24,000 nucleotides of DNA from Acaryochloris marina S15 (lineage in GTDB: Bacteria > Cyanobacteriota > Cyanobacteriia > Thermosynechococcales > Thermosynechococcaceae): NCBI RefSeq assembly GCF_018336915.1, contig NZ_CP064923.1:3380371-3404370 (forward strand). The letters are read 5' to 3'. How positions within the stretch are numbered: the stretch's first letter is position 1; each line of letters begins with the position of its first letter. The translations under genes and the position numbers were made by a program. The notes below the pieces were generated by a model. The model saw only the letters and a list, made by a program, of their open reading frames with translations. It was not told the origin of the DNA and did no database searches. Positions 7,598 through 17,083 of the stretch are shown one piece after another.

Positions 7598-9082
7598 ATG
7601 ATTGCAACTGCACCATCGCCTGATTCTCATCAAGATGATCTTCAGTCTCTGTTACCCAATCTCACAGGTCGGGAATCAGAACTAGCAGCTCTGGCGAACC
7701 ACTCTGAACCGATTTATTTACCCACTACTGATCTACGGCTAGAGAACATTCACTCCAGTTTTGCTTGTGCCCTTCATATGCACCAGCCCACCATTCCAGC
7801 CGGCTCTGAGGGAGCATTGATCAGCAACCTGCAGCATATGTTTGAGAATCCTGGCGATGGTGATAACCATAACGCTGAAGTTTTTGCCTGGTGTTACAGC
7901 CGAATGGGAGATTTTATCCCTGAATTGGTAAGCGCTGGCTGCTCTCCAAGAATTATGCTGGATTACTCCGGCAACCTTCTGTGGGGACTCCATCAGATGG
8001 GTCGGAACGATATTCTGGATAATCTGAAGAAGCTGACTTGTAATCCTCAATATCAACCCTATGTTGAGTGGTTGGGCACCATGTGGAGTCATGCTGTTGC
8101 ACCTTCCACACCCATCCCCGATTTAAAATTACAAATTCAGGCATGGCAGCAGTATTTTGCCAGCCTGTTTGGGGATGAAGCACTGAAACGGGTCAAAGGG
8201 TTTTCTCCCCCTGAAATGCATCTGCCTAACCATCCCGATACCCTCTTTGAATACATCAAAGCTCTGAAAGAATGTGGTTATCGTTGGCTGATGGTACAAG
8301 AACATTCTGTTGAGCGCCTAGATGGATCAGACTTATGGCATGACGATAAGTACATTCCTAATCAGCTCGTAGCCCGCAACTCACAAGGCGAGACCATCAG
8401 CATCACCGCTTTGATCAAAACTCAAGGTTCTGATACGAAGCTTGTTGCTCAAATGCAGCCTTACCACGAGGCCAAAGGTCGACAACGCCAAGAAATTGGA
8501 GGTATCTCAGTCCCCTCTTGTGTGACCCAAATCGCCGATGGTGAAAATGGGGGCGTAATGATGAATGAATTCGCTCGTGACTACCAGCCCGTTTGGCATG
8601 AGCTGAAAAATCAAGGATCTGGTGTCACGGGTATCCATGGTACGGAGTATTTAGAGCTATTGGATGCTGCGGGCGTAAGTCCAGACGATTATCCCACTTG
8701 CCAAGCGGTGGGCCAATATAAGATCTGGAACAAGATTGGGACTGACACGGTTAGCCCGAAAAAGGTTGAAACCGCGATTCAAGAGCTACAAGCTACCGAT
8801 CATCAGTTCCATATGGATGGGGCCTCTTGGACGGACGACTTGAGCTGGGTGAAGGGGTATGAGAATGTTCTCGAACCCATGAACCAGTTGAGCGCTATGT
8901 TTCATCAGAAATATGATCTATTAGTCCAAGCTGATTCAACCACTACTCAACAGGCTGATTACCAGGAAGCTTTACTCTATGTTCTCTTAGTAGAAACGAG
9001 CTGTTTCCGGTATTGGGGCCAGGGGACTTGGACTGACTATGCTCGTGAACTATTTCGACGGGGGGAAAGTCTACTGAAGTAG
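7598..9082 (+). CDS. Glycoside hydrolase family 57 (GH57)-like protein
   Basis: GH57 conserved-region signatures are present: CALHMHQP (region I, HQP), SPPEMH (candidate nucleophile Glu) and QIADGENGG (DGEN, candidate acid/base Asp). Confidence 0.75.
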   Translation: MIATAPSPDSHQDDLQSLLPNLTGRESELAALANHSEPIYLPTTDLRLENIHSSFACALHMHQPTIPAGSEGALISNLQHMFENPGDGDNHNAEVFAWCYSRMGDFIPELVSAGCSPRIMLDYSGNLLWGLHQMGRNDILDNLKKLTCNPQYQPYVEWLGTMWSHAVAPSTPIPDLKLQIQAWQQYFASLFGDEALKRVKGFSPPEMHLPNHPDTLFEYIKALKECGYRWLMVQEHSVERLDGSDLWHDDKYIPNQLVARNSQGETISITALIKTQGSDTKLVAQMQPYHEAKGRQRQEIGGISVPSCVTQIADGENGGVMMNEFARDYQPVWHELKNQGSGVTGIHGTEYLELLDAAGVSPDDYPTCQAVGQYKIWNKIGTDTVSPKKVETAIQELQATDHQFHMDGASWTDDLSWVKGYENVLEPMNQLSAMFHQKYDLLVQADSTTTQQADYQEALLYVLLVETSCFRYWGQGTWTDYARELFRRGESLLK

Positions 9083-9169
9083 TCATTTCTCTACTTTTTA
9101 AGGTTAAAGCCGGACTTGCTCTTTTAAGCAAAAGTTTGGTTTTAATCTTCATGGTTGGGAATAAGCGAC

Positions 9170-9550
9170 TTAATACATGTTGTCAATCAATGCGCTGGAA
9201 AGAGTATTTGCGCCTCGTCCATAACCGCTTACCATCACAGTGATACGCTTATTGGCACGACGTCGTTTCGCAAATTGAGAACAATCGATAATGGCAGAAT
9301 AGTCTGCATTATCAGCGAATATAAACGGGGTATTGTTGATATTCACATCTGGCTTCCGCACCTTAAGGCCTTCCCGTCTGAGGGAAACTGTGGCTCTGCG
9401 CATACAGTCCCATTGATTTAATCGGACCGTACCGTAGCGATAAAAGAGGGCAGGCCCCGCAAATGCGCCAAAGGTACTGACGGCTTGAACGCCTACGGCT
9501 ACAGATGCCATCACTAGTGCTTTTGTAGAAATCTTATTGAACTTAGACAT
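9170..9550 (-). CDS. Hypothetical secreted protein (126 aa)
   Basis: The ATG at 9550 is preceded by AAGGAG (acagAAAGGAGaaatacatcATG). The signal-peptide-like N-terminus reads MSKFNKISTKALVMASVAVGVQAVSTFGAFA. I recognise no family. Confidence 0.55.
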   Translation of the reverse strand: MSKFNKISTKALVMASVAVGVQAVSTFGAFAGPALFYRYGTVRLNQWDCMRRATVSLRREGLKVRKPDVNINNTPFIFADNADYSAIIDCSQFAKRRRANKRITVMVSGYGRGANTLSSALIDNMY

Positions 9551-9770
9551 GATGTATTTCTCCTTTCTGTGACTCAAGCAGAAAGCGTAAATCCTCTATA
9601 TAGGTGCTGTTTGACCTGCTTTGGCATAAGTCCTTGGTTATCTACAATTTAGGCTCTATAGATGGGACTGAACGTGACAGTTATCACGGGTTTTCATTGT
9701 TCTATGTCATGCTGCTGCCGTACATCGAAAAAATTCGGCATTATAAAGAGGCAGTCACCTCTTCGCCCTA

Positions 9771-11777
9771 ATGACAGCTTTTGACCTCCATGCTCCATTT
9801 GTCCCTAAAGGTGATCAACCCCAAGCCATTGAGAAACTGACCGCTCTCCTTCAATCTGGCCATTCTAGGCAAACTTTGCTGGGCGCTACGGGTACGGGTA
9901 AGACCTTCACGATGGCTAAGGTGATTGAAGAGATTGGTAAACCCACGCTAATCCTGGCCCATAACAAAACGCTAGCTGCGCAGCTCTGTAACGAAATCCG
10001 TTCCTTTTTTCCCAACAATGCAGTTGAGTATTTCATCAGCTATTACGACTATTACCAGCCTGAAGCCTATATTCCGGTCACAGATACCTTTATTGAAAAG
10101 ACAGCTGCCATCAATGAAGAAATTGATATGCTGCGGCATTCCGCGACACGATCGCTATTTGAACGTCAGGATGTCATTGTGGTGGCATCAATCAGCTGTA
10201 TTTACGGTTTGGGTATCCCTGCTGAGTATCTCAAGGCCTCAATCCCCCTCAAAGTTGGAGCTGAAGTTGATCAGCGGCAATTGCTGAGAAGTCTGGCAGC
10301 CGTGCAATATACCCGCAATGATGTGGACTTAGGGCGGGGGCGATTTCGAGTCAAAGGAGATGTTCTGGAGATTGGTCCAGCCTATGAAGACCGGATTATT
10401 CGGGTGGAGTTTTTTGGGGATGAGATCGATGCCATTCGCTATGTCGATCCCGTTACTGGAGCAACATTACAGAGTTTGGAAGGACTGAATGTTTATCCTG
10501 CCCGCCACTTTGTAACGCCAACAGAACGATTGGAAATGGCAGTTGAAGCCATTGATGAGGAGAGAAAAGCACAGGTCGAACATTTAGAAACGACCGGGAA
10601 ACTTTTGGAAGCTCAGCGCCTCAACCAACGGGCTCGCTACGATCTAGAGATGCTGAGAGAAGTTGGGTATTGCAATGGAGTAGAAAACTATTCTCGTCAT
10701 CTGGCTGGACGGGAAGCAGGGGCTCCACCTGAGTGTTTGGTGGATTATTTTCCTCAGGATTGGTTGTTAATCGTAGATGAGTCTCATGTATCGGTCCCCC
10801 AAATTCGGGCCATGTATAACGGCGATCAGGCTCGCAAGAAAGTTCTGATTGATCATGGTTTTCGTCTACCCAGTGCGGCAGACAATCGCCCCCTTAAGTC
10901 CGAAGAATTTTGGCAAAAAGTTAACCAGTGTGTGTTTGTGTCCGCTACTCCAGGGCAGTGGGAAATAGAGTTATCAGAAAATCGGGTAGTGGAGCAAGTT
11001 ATTCGACCGACGGGGGTAATCGATCCAGAAATTTTTGTCCGTCCGACAACTGGCCAAGTGGATGATTTACTAGCTGAGATTCATGAGCGAGTCAGTCGCC
11101 AAGAACGGACTTTGATCACCACCTTAACCAAACGGATGGCAGAGGACCTGACGGAATACTTTGAAGAGCGAGGCGTGCGAGTCCGATATCTGCATTCGGA
11201 GATTAATGCCATTCAACGTATCGAAATTCTTCGGGATTTACGCCAGGGAGTATTTGATGTCTTAGTTGGGGTCAATTTATTGCGAGAGGGGTTGGATTTA
11301 CCTGAAGTTTCTCTTGTAGCCATCTTAGATGCTGATAAAGAAGGGTTCCTGAGAGCTGAGCGTTCTCTGATTCAAACCATTGGTCGAGCCGCTCGCCATG
11401 TCCGAGGTCAAGCCATTCTCTATGCTGACAATCTGACGAATAGCATGGAAAGGGCTATTTCCGAAACTGAGCGGCGTCGGACCATTCAGCTTGCCTATAA
11501 TGAAAAGCATGGCATCACTCCACAACCGGTCAAAAAAGGATCTGATAATGCGATTTTGGCCTTTTTGGAGGTCTCCCGCCGCCTCAATACCCAAGAACTT
11601 GAGGATGCCTATGAACAGGCAGATGATCTACCCTTGGAGAGTGTGCCAGAGTTGATTACCCAATTGGAGGCAAAGATGAAGGAATCAGCTAAAAATCTGG
11701 AGTTCGAAGAAGCTGCAAAGTATCGAGATCGCATCAAGAACCTGAGATCTAAACTCTTAGGTCAAAAGTCTCCTTGA
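9771..11777 (+). CDS. uvrB: Excinuclease ABC subunit B
   Basis: The sequence is canonical UvrB along its full length. It has Walker [20 protein letters not shown], helicase motifs DESH and [15 protein letters not shown], and the C-terminal UVR motif ([11 protein letters not shown]). Confidence 0.97.
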   Translation: MTAFDLHAPFVPKGDQPQAIEKLTALLQSGHSRQTLLGATGTGKTFTMAKVIEEIGKPTLILAHNKTLAAQLCNEIRSFFPNNAVEYFISYYDYYQPEAYIPVTDTFIEKTAAINEEIDMLRHSATRSLFERQDVIVVASISCIYGLGIPAEYLKASIPLKVGAEVDQRQLLRSLAAVQYTRNDVDLGRGRFRVKGDVLEIGPAYEDRIIRVEFFGDEIDAIRYVDPVTGATLQSLEGLNVYPARHFVTPTERLEMAVEAIDEERKAQVEHLETTGKLLEAQRLNQRARYDLEMLREVGYCNGVENYSRHLAGREAGAPPECLVDYFPQDWLLIVDESHVSVPQIRAMYNGDQARKKVLIDHGFRLPSAADNRPLKSEEFWQKVNQCVFVSATPGQWEIELSENRVVEQVIRPTGVIDPEIFVRPTTGQVDDLLAEIHERVSRQERTLITTLTKRMAEDLTEYFEERGVRVRYLHSEINAIQRIEILRDLRQGVFDVLVGVNLLREGLDLPEVSLVAILDADKEGFLRAERSLIQTIGRAARHVRGQAILYADNLTNSMERAISETERRRTIQLAYNEKHGITPQPVKKGSDNAILAFLEVSRRLNTQELEDAYEQADDLPLESVPELITQLEAKMKESAKNLEFEEAAKYRDRIKNLRSKLLGQKSP

Positions 11778-12054
11778 TCCCCTTGCCCTTTCTTTGGGCA
11801 ATATCATCTTAGGTCTGCTTTAAGTCCATCCTTTTTTATGAGGTCTCGATCTGCTAGGAACTCTGGCATTTCATGAAATAATACAAGCAGCCACTCTAGC
11901 TCAAGATTTTCATTCGATTTCTCCATACATCGCTTTTTAGTATCCTTTCTCGTCCTAATACCTGCAAATCTCACCCGAAGTTCTCCTTTATATCTTTTTA
12001 TCAGTATCGATATTGGCCAAACTTTCAAGCCGATCATGAACTAAGACGATAACT

Positions 12055-14193
12055 GTGTTATTCGAACAAACAACTGTCGGTGAGTTTTTGCAGCAGACAT
12101 TAGTCTGTCAAGCTGACACTCCCATTCAAGAAATATTAGATATACTCCAGCATCAAAGTTCTGCATCTCCAGTTGCTCAGTCTGAGGATGAGTCTGGCGA
12201 TGGGGTCGATCTATCCCAATTAGTGGTGGTTAATGCACAGCAGCAACCCACTAGTCTCATTCCCCTAGCGCAATTTATTCATTTATTTATTACTGAGCAA
12301 AAGTCCCCTGACGCTGTTTCTCCTCAGCAGCCGATTGGAGAATGGGGCGATTTACACAATCAACCCTTGCAGCAGGTAGCGGTAACGAACTCTCTCAAGC
12401 AATTTTGGCAATATTTACAAACTTTTTCCCAAGATCTCAGCTTGTCTTGGGCCATTGTTGAGGATGAAACCGGCAAATATTTGGGGTTATTGGATACGCC
12501 TAAGTTAATTCAATTCCTGGCCCATCATGCCCCCTTGAGTGTTGCGATCAAGTTTTCCTCGGATTTAAAAAGTTCACTTTCACCTGCCTTAGAGATATCC
12601 GATACACCACCCGCCTCAACAGAGTCATTGCCCCCTCAAGATTCAATCTCTGCCGCTGCTCCATTGAGTGCCGAACTATTGGCTGAAATTAGCCATGAAC
12701 TCAAATCTCCCCTCACGGCAATTCTGAGTTTGTCCAATGTTCTGAGTCATCAGGGCATTCAGAATTTATCTGAGCGGCAGTTGCAATATGTGCAGTTGAT
12801 TCATCAGAAAAGCCAGCATCTGATGGGTATCCTCAATACGTTACTGGACTTAACTCAACTTCCTGTCCAAGTTCAGCCTGAAGCACAAACAGCTGTTGAT
12901 ATTGATTCGCTGTGTGACGATGCGATCGCACAAGCGAAACGATACTACCAACTGGAAGAAGGCACAGCGAATCAGGCTTCTCTCATCATTCGTCGGCATC
13001 CCCAGGGAGTCCTCGGCTCGATCACAAGTGATGAGCTGAAATTACGCCAAATCCTGATACATCTTTTGCACAACGCTTTAGGAGCGACTCAAGGGCAATC
13101 CTCCATCGAACTGGGAGTTAAGCAGTGGCAAGGGTGGACGATCTTTACCATTTCCGACCAGGGTGCTCCAATTCCCCACCTACAGCAGCCCCTTATCTTT
13201 CAAATCCCCCAAACTTGGACGATTCCAGACCAAGACATTCTCGGTAAAACAGGGCTAGGATTGGTGCTGGCCCATCGATTAGCAGAACAGATGTCAGGGG
13301 ATATTTCTTTTATCTCTGGACCGACTCAGGGCAATACCTTCTCCTTGTATGTGCCTCCAGACCCTCTTCAAAGACAGCAGACTAAAACCACCCAAGGTTT
13401 AGTTCTTCTGATTGCCACAAATCCCAATCTAATTGAACAAGTGAGTCAGTATCTGTCTGATCAATCTTTACAAGTTGTCGTGGCCCGTTCAGAGCCAGAA
13501 GTCGCTCAGAAAATCGCCTTATTCAAGCCTCAAGCCGTTATCCTACAAACTCTGCTTACCACTGGCTCAGGGTGGGATATTCTTTCACTCCTTCAACAGC
13601 GAGATAGGGATTGTCCCATCTTACTGATAGGAAGCACCGATGACTGTCTACGTACTACTGATAGTGTAGATGGCTGCCTAACCTTACCCGAACTTCAACC
13701 CGGCTTGGCACAATGGTTAGAAACTTGCTTAAAAGCCAAAATTTCAACCTCTGGTTCTACCCCTAAGCAGAAACACCTCGCCCCCTCTAACTCTCCTAAA
13801 GCGCAAAAATTAACCGTTCTCCATCTAGACGGCAATCTAGATCAATTCGGCAATACCTTACCCATTGATATTAGTCACTCGCTGTATGAACATCAGTGGA
13901 GAGTGATATCGACCACAACTTTAGATGAAGCTGAGTTATTAGTAGATATTTGGCAGCCCGATATCATTCTCTATACAGATGATGATTCTGCTCCCTTCTT
14001 GAACATGGCCGCAGAATCTCCCTTAGTCTCCTTCCCCTTTGTTATTCTTCACCCTGAAGTCCGGCAGATAGCCCTTGAGCGGGGAGACCTGGAGGTCTTT
14101 TCTCATGCAAACATAACCACACTTTCGAACTCTGAACTATCAGAAGTATCGTCACTGCTAGAAATACTCAACCACTCCACCGCAGCCGAGTAG
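12055..14193 (+). CDS. Cytoplasmic sensor histidine kinase with C-terminal pseudo-receiver domain(s)
   Basis: Kinase motifs are present: H-box AEISHELKSPLTAIL, N-box LLHNALGAT and G2 GKTGLGLVLAHRL. The G1 box is atypical (ISDQGAPI). A receiver-like fold follows but lacks the acidic pocket and the phospho-acceptor Asp (LLIATNP, AVILQTLL, CLTLP). A second receiver-like segment follows it. GTG at 12055 is the only start near the 5' end of the open frame, which opens after TGA at 12037-12039. Confidence 0.75.
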   Translation: MLFEQTTVGEFLQQTLVCQADTPIQEILDILQHQSSASPVAQSEDESGDGVDLSQLVVVNAQQQPTSLIPLAQFIHLFITEQKSPDAVSPQQPIGEWGDLHNQPLQQVAVTNSLKQFWQYLQTFSQDLSLSWAIVEDETGKYLGLLDTPKLIQFLAHHAPLSVAIKFSSDLKSSLSPALEISDTPPASTESLPPQDSISAAAPLSAELLAEISHELKSPLTAILSLSNVLSHQGIQNLSERQLQYVQLIHQKSQHLMGILNTLLDLTQLPVQVQPEAQTAVDIDSLCDDAIAQAKRYYQLEEGTANQASLIIRRHPQGVLGSITSDELKLRQILIHLLHNALGATQGQSSIELGVKQWQGWTIFTISDQGAPIPHLQQPLIFQIPQTWTIPDQDILGKTGLGLVLAHRLAEQMSGDISFISGPTQGNTFSLYVPPDPLQRQQTKTTQGLVLLIATNPNLIEQVSQYLSDQSLQVVVARSEPEVAQKIALFKPQAVILQTLLTTGSGWDILSLLQQRDRDCPILLIGSTDDCLRTTDSVDGCLTLPELQPGLAQWLETCLKAKISTSGSTPKQKHLAPSNSPKAQKLTVLHLDGNLDQFGNTLPIDISHSLYEHQWRVISTTTLDEAELLVDIWQPDIILYTDDDSAPFLNMAAESPLVSFPFVILHPEVRQIALERGDLEVFSHANITTLSNSELSEVSSLLEILNHSTAAE

Positions 14194-14224
14194 GAGCCGC
14201 AAGTTATTTTGTAATCAAGGGAGA

Positions 14225-15817
14225 TTACTGGAAGCTTTCTGGGGATTCTGATGGAGGCGGTGTTGAGAAATCAGGCCGAGCAAAGGGGTCGAACGGAGAT
14301 GGCTCTGGGCTGGGAGCCAGGCTGTCAGGATAGGAGTCTATTGGCGCTTGAAGAGTAGGATCCGGGCCTAGGGAATCAGGACTAAGAGGGACGGAGTCCT
14401 GAAGGGTGGGATCTGGCCCAATATCACCCTGATCAAACTGAGGATCAACCGTTGGTTCTTCTAAAGTTGAGGGAATGGGGGACTCAAGAGGTGTTTCAAT
14501 CGGAGTGGGCAAAGTTTCTAATTCCCTTCTGGTCGTCCCTGGCTTAGGTAGAAAATCTTCATTTTGAACCGGGGCAGCCTTTGCAGGCACTTGCGGGTTC
14601 GCGAACTGATTCTGGTAATGAAACCGTAGCAACAGGCCAAAGGCAATTCCCACAACACCTGAGAGCACTGAACACACGATTAATGCTCGGAAGGGAAATC
14701 TGGGAGGCGCGGAATAAGGTTGGAGACGAGTGGTTGACACAGTCTGGCTGGGCTCCTGGCTAGGGACTGTTGATTCTGAAAGTGTTGTCGGAAGATCCTC
14801 AGTCTCAGGGGCTATAGATAATTGCTCTGAAGGGTAAGGAATTGCTGGGCCTGAAGGTTCTGAGGCTGGAGGTTCTGAGGCTGGAGGAGGAGAGGTCTCT
14901 AGAAGAGAAGAGTCTATTGAGGATACAGGTTTCGCAGTTAGGGAAGGGGAAGCTGCGCCTATGTTACCCGATTCTGTTGGGAATGATACAGGGGGAGAAG
15001 GTGCCTTGGGTAGGAGTTTCATCCACTCTGAGATAGATTGAGGGCGATGCTGAGGTTGCATCGCCATTCCCCGTAGCAGGGCAACAATCGTTGCCTGGCT
15101 TAGGTCTGGGTGATGCATTTCCAAGCGAATATGTTGCCGCTGGGAAGCTGCTATCGGCATTTGCCCCATCACCAAGGTGTATAAGGTTGCGGCTAATCCA
15201 TAGATATCGGTTGTAACGGTTTGTTGACCTTGAGCGGATTCAGGTGCTGCATAGGCATGAACCAGAGGAGGAGGCAAACTAGGGTTGCTGGGTTGCCAAA
15301 CCCAATTCACAAGCATCGGATGATCAGTATGGGGAGGGTCAACAACATTTTTCGGTTGAACATCTCCATGCCGAAGCTGCTGCTGATGCGCTTGGTTCAA
15401 GCCGTTAGCAATTTGGGTGATTTGGGCAATCGCCTCCGCTTCTGATAGGGGCTGATTTTTTCCATTTATGGCCCAGGTCTGTTCTGGTAGCTTGTCCCTG
15501 ACCAGAAAGGGGAGAACCGAATCTACAAAAACGTCTCGGATGGGTTCTAGGGAAGGATGTTTTAAGCGCTGCCAAGCTTGAGCTTCTTGTATGAAAGCAT
15601 CGCGATGTAGGAGGATTTTTTTAGGGTGTTGACGGGACGGATTAAGGGTATTGATCAGAACAGGCTGCTGACTAGGTAAATGAGTGCCCTCATAGGTTAG
15701 CTGCAAGCCCTGATGCCTGACCAGTTGCTCTAAACGATACGTTCCTTTTTGTAAAAGTGTTCCGAGGGGAAGCAAAACCATTGTTGGCAGAGGGGGGCGC
15801 ATGGTAGCTAACGGCAA
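14225..15817 (-). CDS. Membrane-anchored Hanks-type Ser/Thr kinase homologue with degenerate catalytic motifs (pseudokinase), Pro-rich C-terminal region
   Basis: Kinase-fold landmarks are retained: FIQEA...LKHP, HGDVQPKN, YAAPE, TDIYGLAATLYTLVMG, HRPQSISEW. One TM helix (ALIVCSVLSGVVGIAFGLLL) is followed by a Pro/Ser/Glu-rich tail with short repeats. The start is uncertain: TTG at 15817, ATG at 15802 or ATG at 15781. Confidence 0.75.
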   Translation of the reverse strand: MPLATMRPPLPTMVLLPLGTLLQKGTYRLEQLVRHQGLQLTYEGTHLPSQQPVLINTLNPSRQHPKKILLHRDAFIQEAQAWQRLKHPSLEPIRDVFVDSVLPFLVRDKLPEQTWAINGKNQPLSEAEAIAQITQIANGLNQAHQQQLRHGDVQPKNVVDPPHTDHPMLVNWVWQPSNPSLPPPLVHAYAAPESAQGQQTVTTDIYGLAATLYTLVMGQMPIAASQRQHIRLEMHHPDLSQATIVALLRGMAMQPQHRPQSISEWMKLLPKAPSPPVSFPTESGNIGAASPSLTAKPVSSIDSSLLETSPPPASEPPASEPSGPAIPYPSEQLSIAPETEDLPTTLSESTVPSQEPSQTVSTTRLQPYSAPPRFPFRALIVCSVLSGVVGIAFGLLLRFHYQNQFANPQVPAKAAPVQNEDFLPKPGTTRRELETLPTPIETPLESPIPSTLEEPTVDPQFDQGDIGPDPTLQDSVPLSPDSLGPDPTLQAPIDSYPDSLAPSPEPSPFDPFARPDFSTPPPSESPESFQ

Positions 15818-15999
15818 GGAGGAGGGTTAGATCATGAAGATGCTTGTAAAATTCCTTAGGTTCCTGGCTAATTATTGTTTCCCTGAACCCTAAACCTATT
15901 CCGTCAAGTATCTTCAAACTGTAATGTGTCTCACAATCGGGGCTGAGAGTTAGCCAAAAAAGAGGTTGAGAACCGCTTGTAGAGAGACATTCAGTCTAA

Positions 16000-16908
16000 T
16001 TAGATGATGCCTAATTTCTCTAGTATGGGTCGTGTGGAGACCACATGCTTTTCTAGCCCAAGTTTCTGCGGTTCAATCCCTAAAGCCAAACCGACTAACT
16101 GAGGTAAATGCAAAACAGGCAAGCCTAGCTTGGTATTAATGGATTTTTCAACTTCAGGTTGACGAGAATCTAAATTCAGATGACAGAGGGGACAAGGGGT
16201 CACCAAGCAGTCAGCTCCAGCTGCAATTGCGTCCTGAATTCTACCTCCCGCCATGGCAAAGGACTGGGGGGTGGCATAGCTAGCGAGGGGCCAACCACAA
16301 CATTGGGTGCGACCCGAGTAGTAGATTGGCGTAGCATCGAGGGCCAGAAACACATTTTCCATGGAAGAAGGGTGAATTGGATCGTCGAAGGGGAGACTCT
16401 GTTGGGCTCTGAGAAGATAGCAACCATAAAAAGCCGCACACTTTAATCCGCTGAGTTTACGCTTGACTTGAAGGGAAAGGGCTTCTAAGCCATAATCTCC
16501 GACCAAAGCCCACAGGAGATGCTTGACTTCAGTACTGCCTTGATAGGGAGAACAATGTTGTTCGGACAACAAGCTATTGATCTGATCAAAATACTCAGGG
16601 TTACTCTCTTTGGCGTCTTTCAATCGCTCATCGACATGACCAATCACTCCTTGGCAGGTACTGCAATGGGTGAGGAGGGGTAAATTGAGCTGTTCGGCTA
16701 GGGCAATATTGCGGGCATTAACGGTATCTTCGAGTAATTGCGAATCTTCTTTAAAGGTGCCAGACCCACAACAGGCCGCTTTCTTCAATTCAATGAGTTT
16801 AATCCCTAAGGCCTGGGCAATTTCCTGAGTTGACATGTATAGTTCTCGACAAGCGCCTTGAGCGACACATCCTGGGAAGTATGCATATTGGAGTGTTGGG
16901 ACCGACAT
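16000..16908 (-). CDS. HdrB-like CCG-domain iron-sulfur protein (heterodisulfide reductase subunit B / SdhE-type succinate dehydrogenase subunit family)
   Basis: Two Cys-rich CCG-type modules are present: YFPGCVA...CCGSG...C..C and FYGCYLLR...CCGWP...PCPLCH. Confidence 0.8.
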   Translation of the reverse strand: MSVPTLQYAYFPGCVAQGACRELYMSTQEIAQALGIKLIELKKAACCGSGTFKEDSQLLEDTVNARNIALAEQLNLPLLTHCSTCQGVIGHVDERLKDAKESNPEYFDQINSLLSEQHCSPYQGSTEVKHLLWALVGDYGLEALSLQVKRKLSGLKCAAFYGCYLLRAQQSLPFDDPIHPSSMENVFLALDATPIYYSGRTQCCGWPLASYATPQSFAMAGGRIQDAIAAGADCLVTPCPLCHLNLDSRQPEVEKSINTKLGLPVLHLPQLVGLALGIEPQKLGLEKHVVSTRPILEKLGII

Positions 16909-16940
16909 CTGATGAATTACTCGCTGTTACTGAGCCTTTG

Positions 16941-17026
16941 CTAGAGCAACGCTAGCATGTTGGTCTGAGAATTCGGCTTACCTGTGATTGAACATTACAA
17001 AACGGTGAAGTCTTTTTGCCTGAAGG
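16941..17026. repeat. Direct repeat copy A, flanking the 3' side of the LRR-Roc-COR gene
   Basis: The core 16969-17012 (GAATTCGGCTTACCTGTGATTGAACATTACAAAACGGTGAAGTC) matches 20647-20690 at 42 of 44 positions. An upstream 16-mer at 16941-16956 matches 20619-20634 at 14/16 with the same 28-nt offset to the core. A shared TGAAGG lies further downstream. Confidence 0.85.
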
Positions 17027-17083
17027 CACAGGTATTTCAATGTTTCAATTGGTCATATTGAAAGTTCGCAGAATTTCCATTAC

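Noticed and set aside
9155-9421. 88-aa plus-strand ORF
   Set aside because: It is antisense to the better-supported minus-strand gene (9170-9550), which has a strong AAGGAG ribosome-binding site and a signal peptide.
11804-12037. 77-aa minus-strand ORF between uvrB and the histidine kinase
   Set aside because: It has no ribosome-binding site and I recognise no family. At full length it would leave only 17 bp to the divergent kinase start. A shorter 40-aa version from ATG 11926 is possible but unsupported. I left it unannotated.
16983-16999. CRP/NtcA-type operator inside the duplicated core (TGTGATTGAACATTACA; also at 20661-20677)
   Set aside because: The left half-site TGTGA is good. The right half (TTACA) is one nucleotide out of register for TGTGA-N6-TCACA, and GTG-N9-TAC does not fit the NtcA consensus GTA-N8-TAC. 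This is too weak to call.
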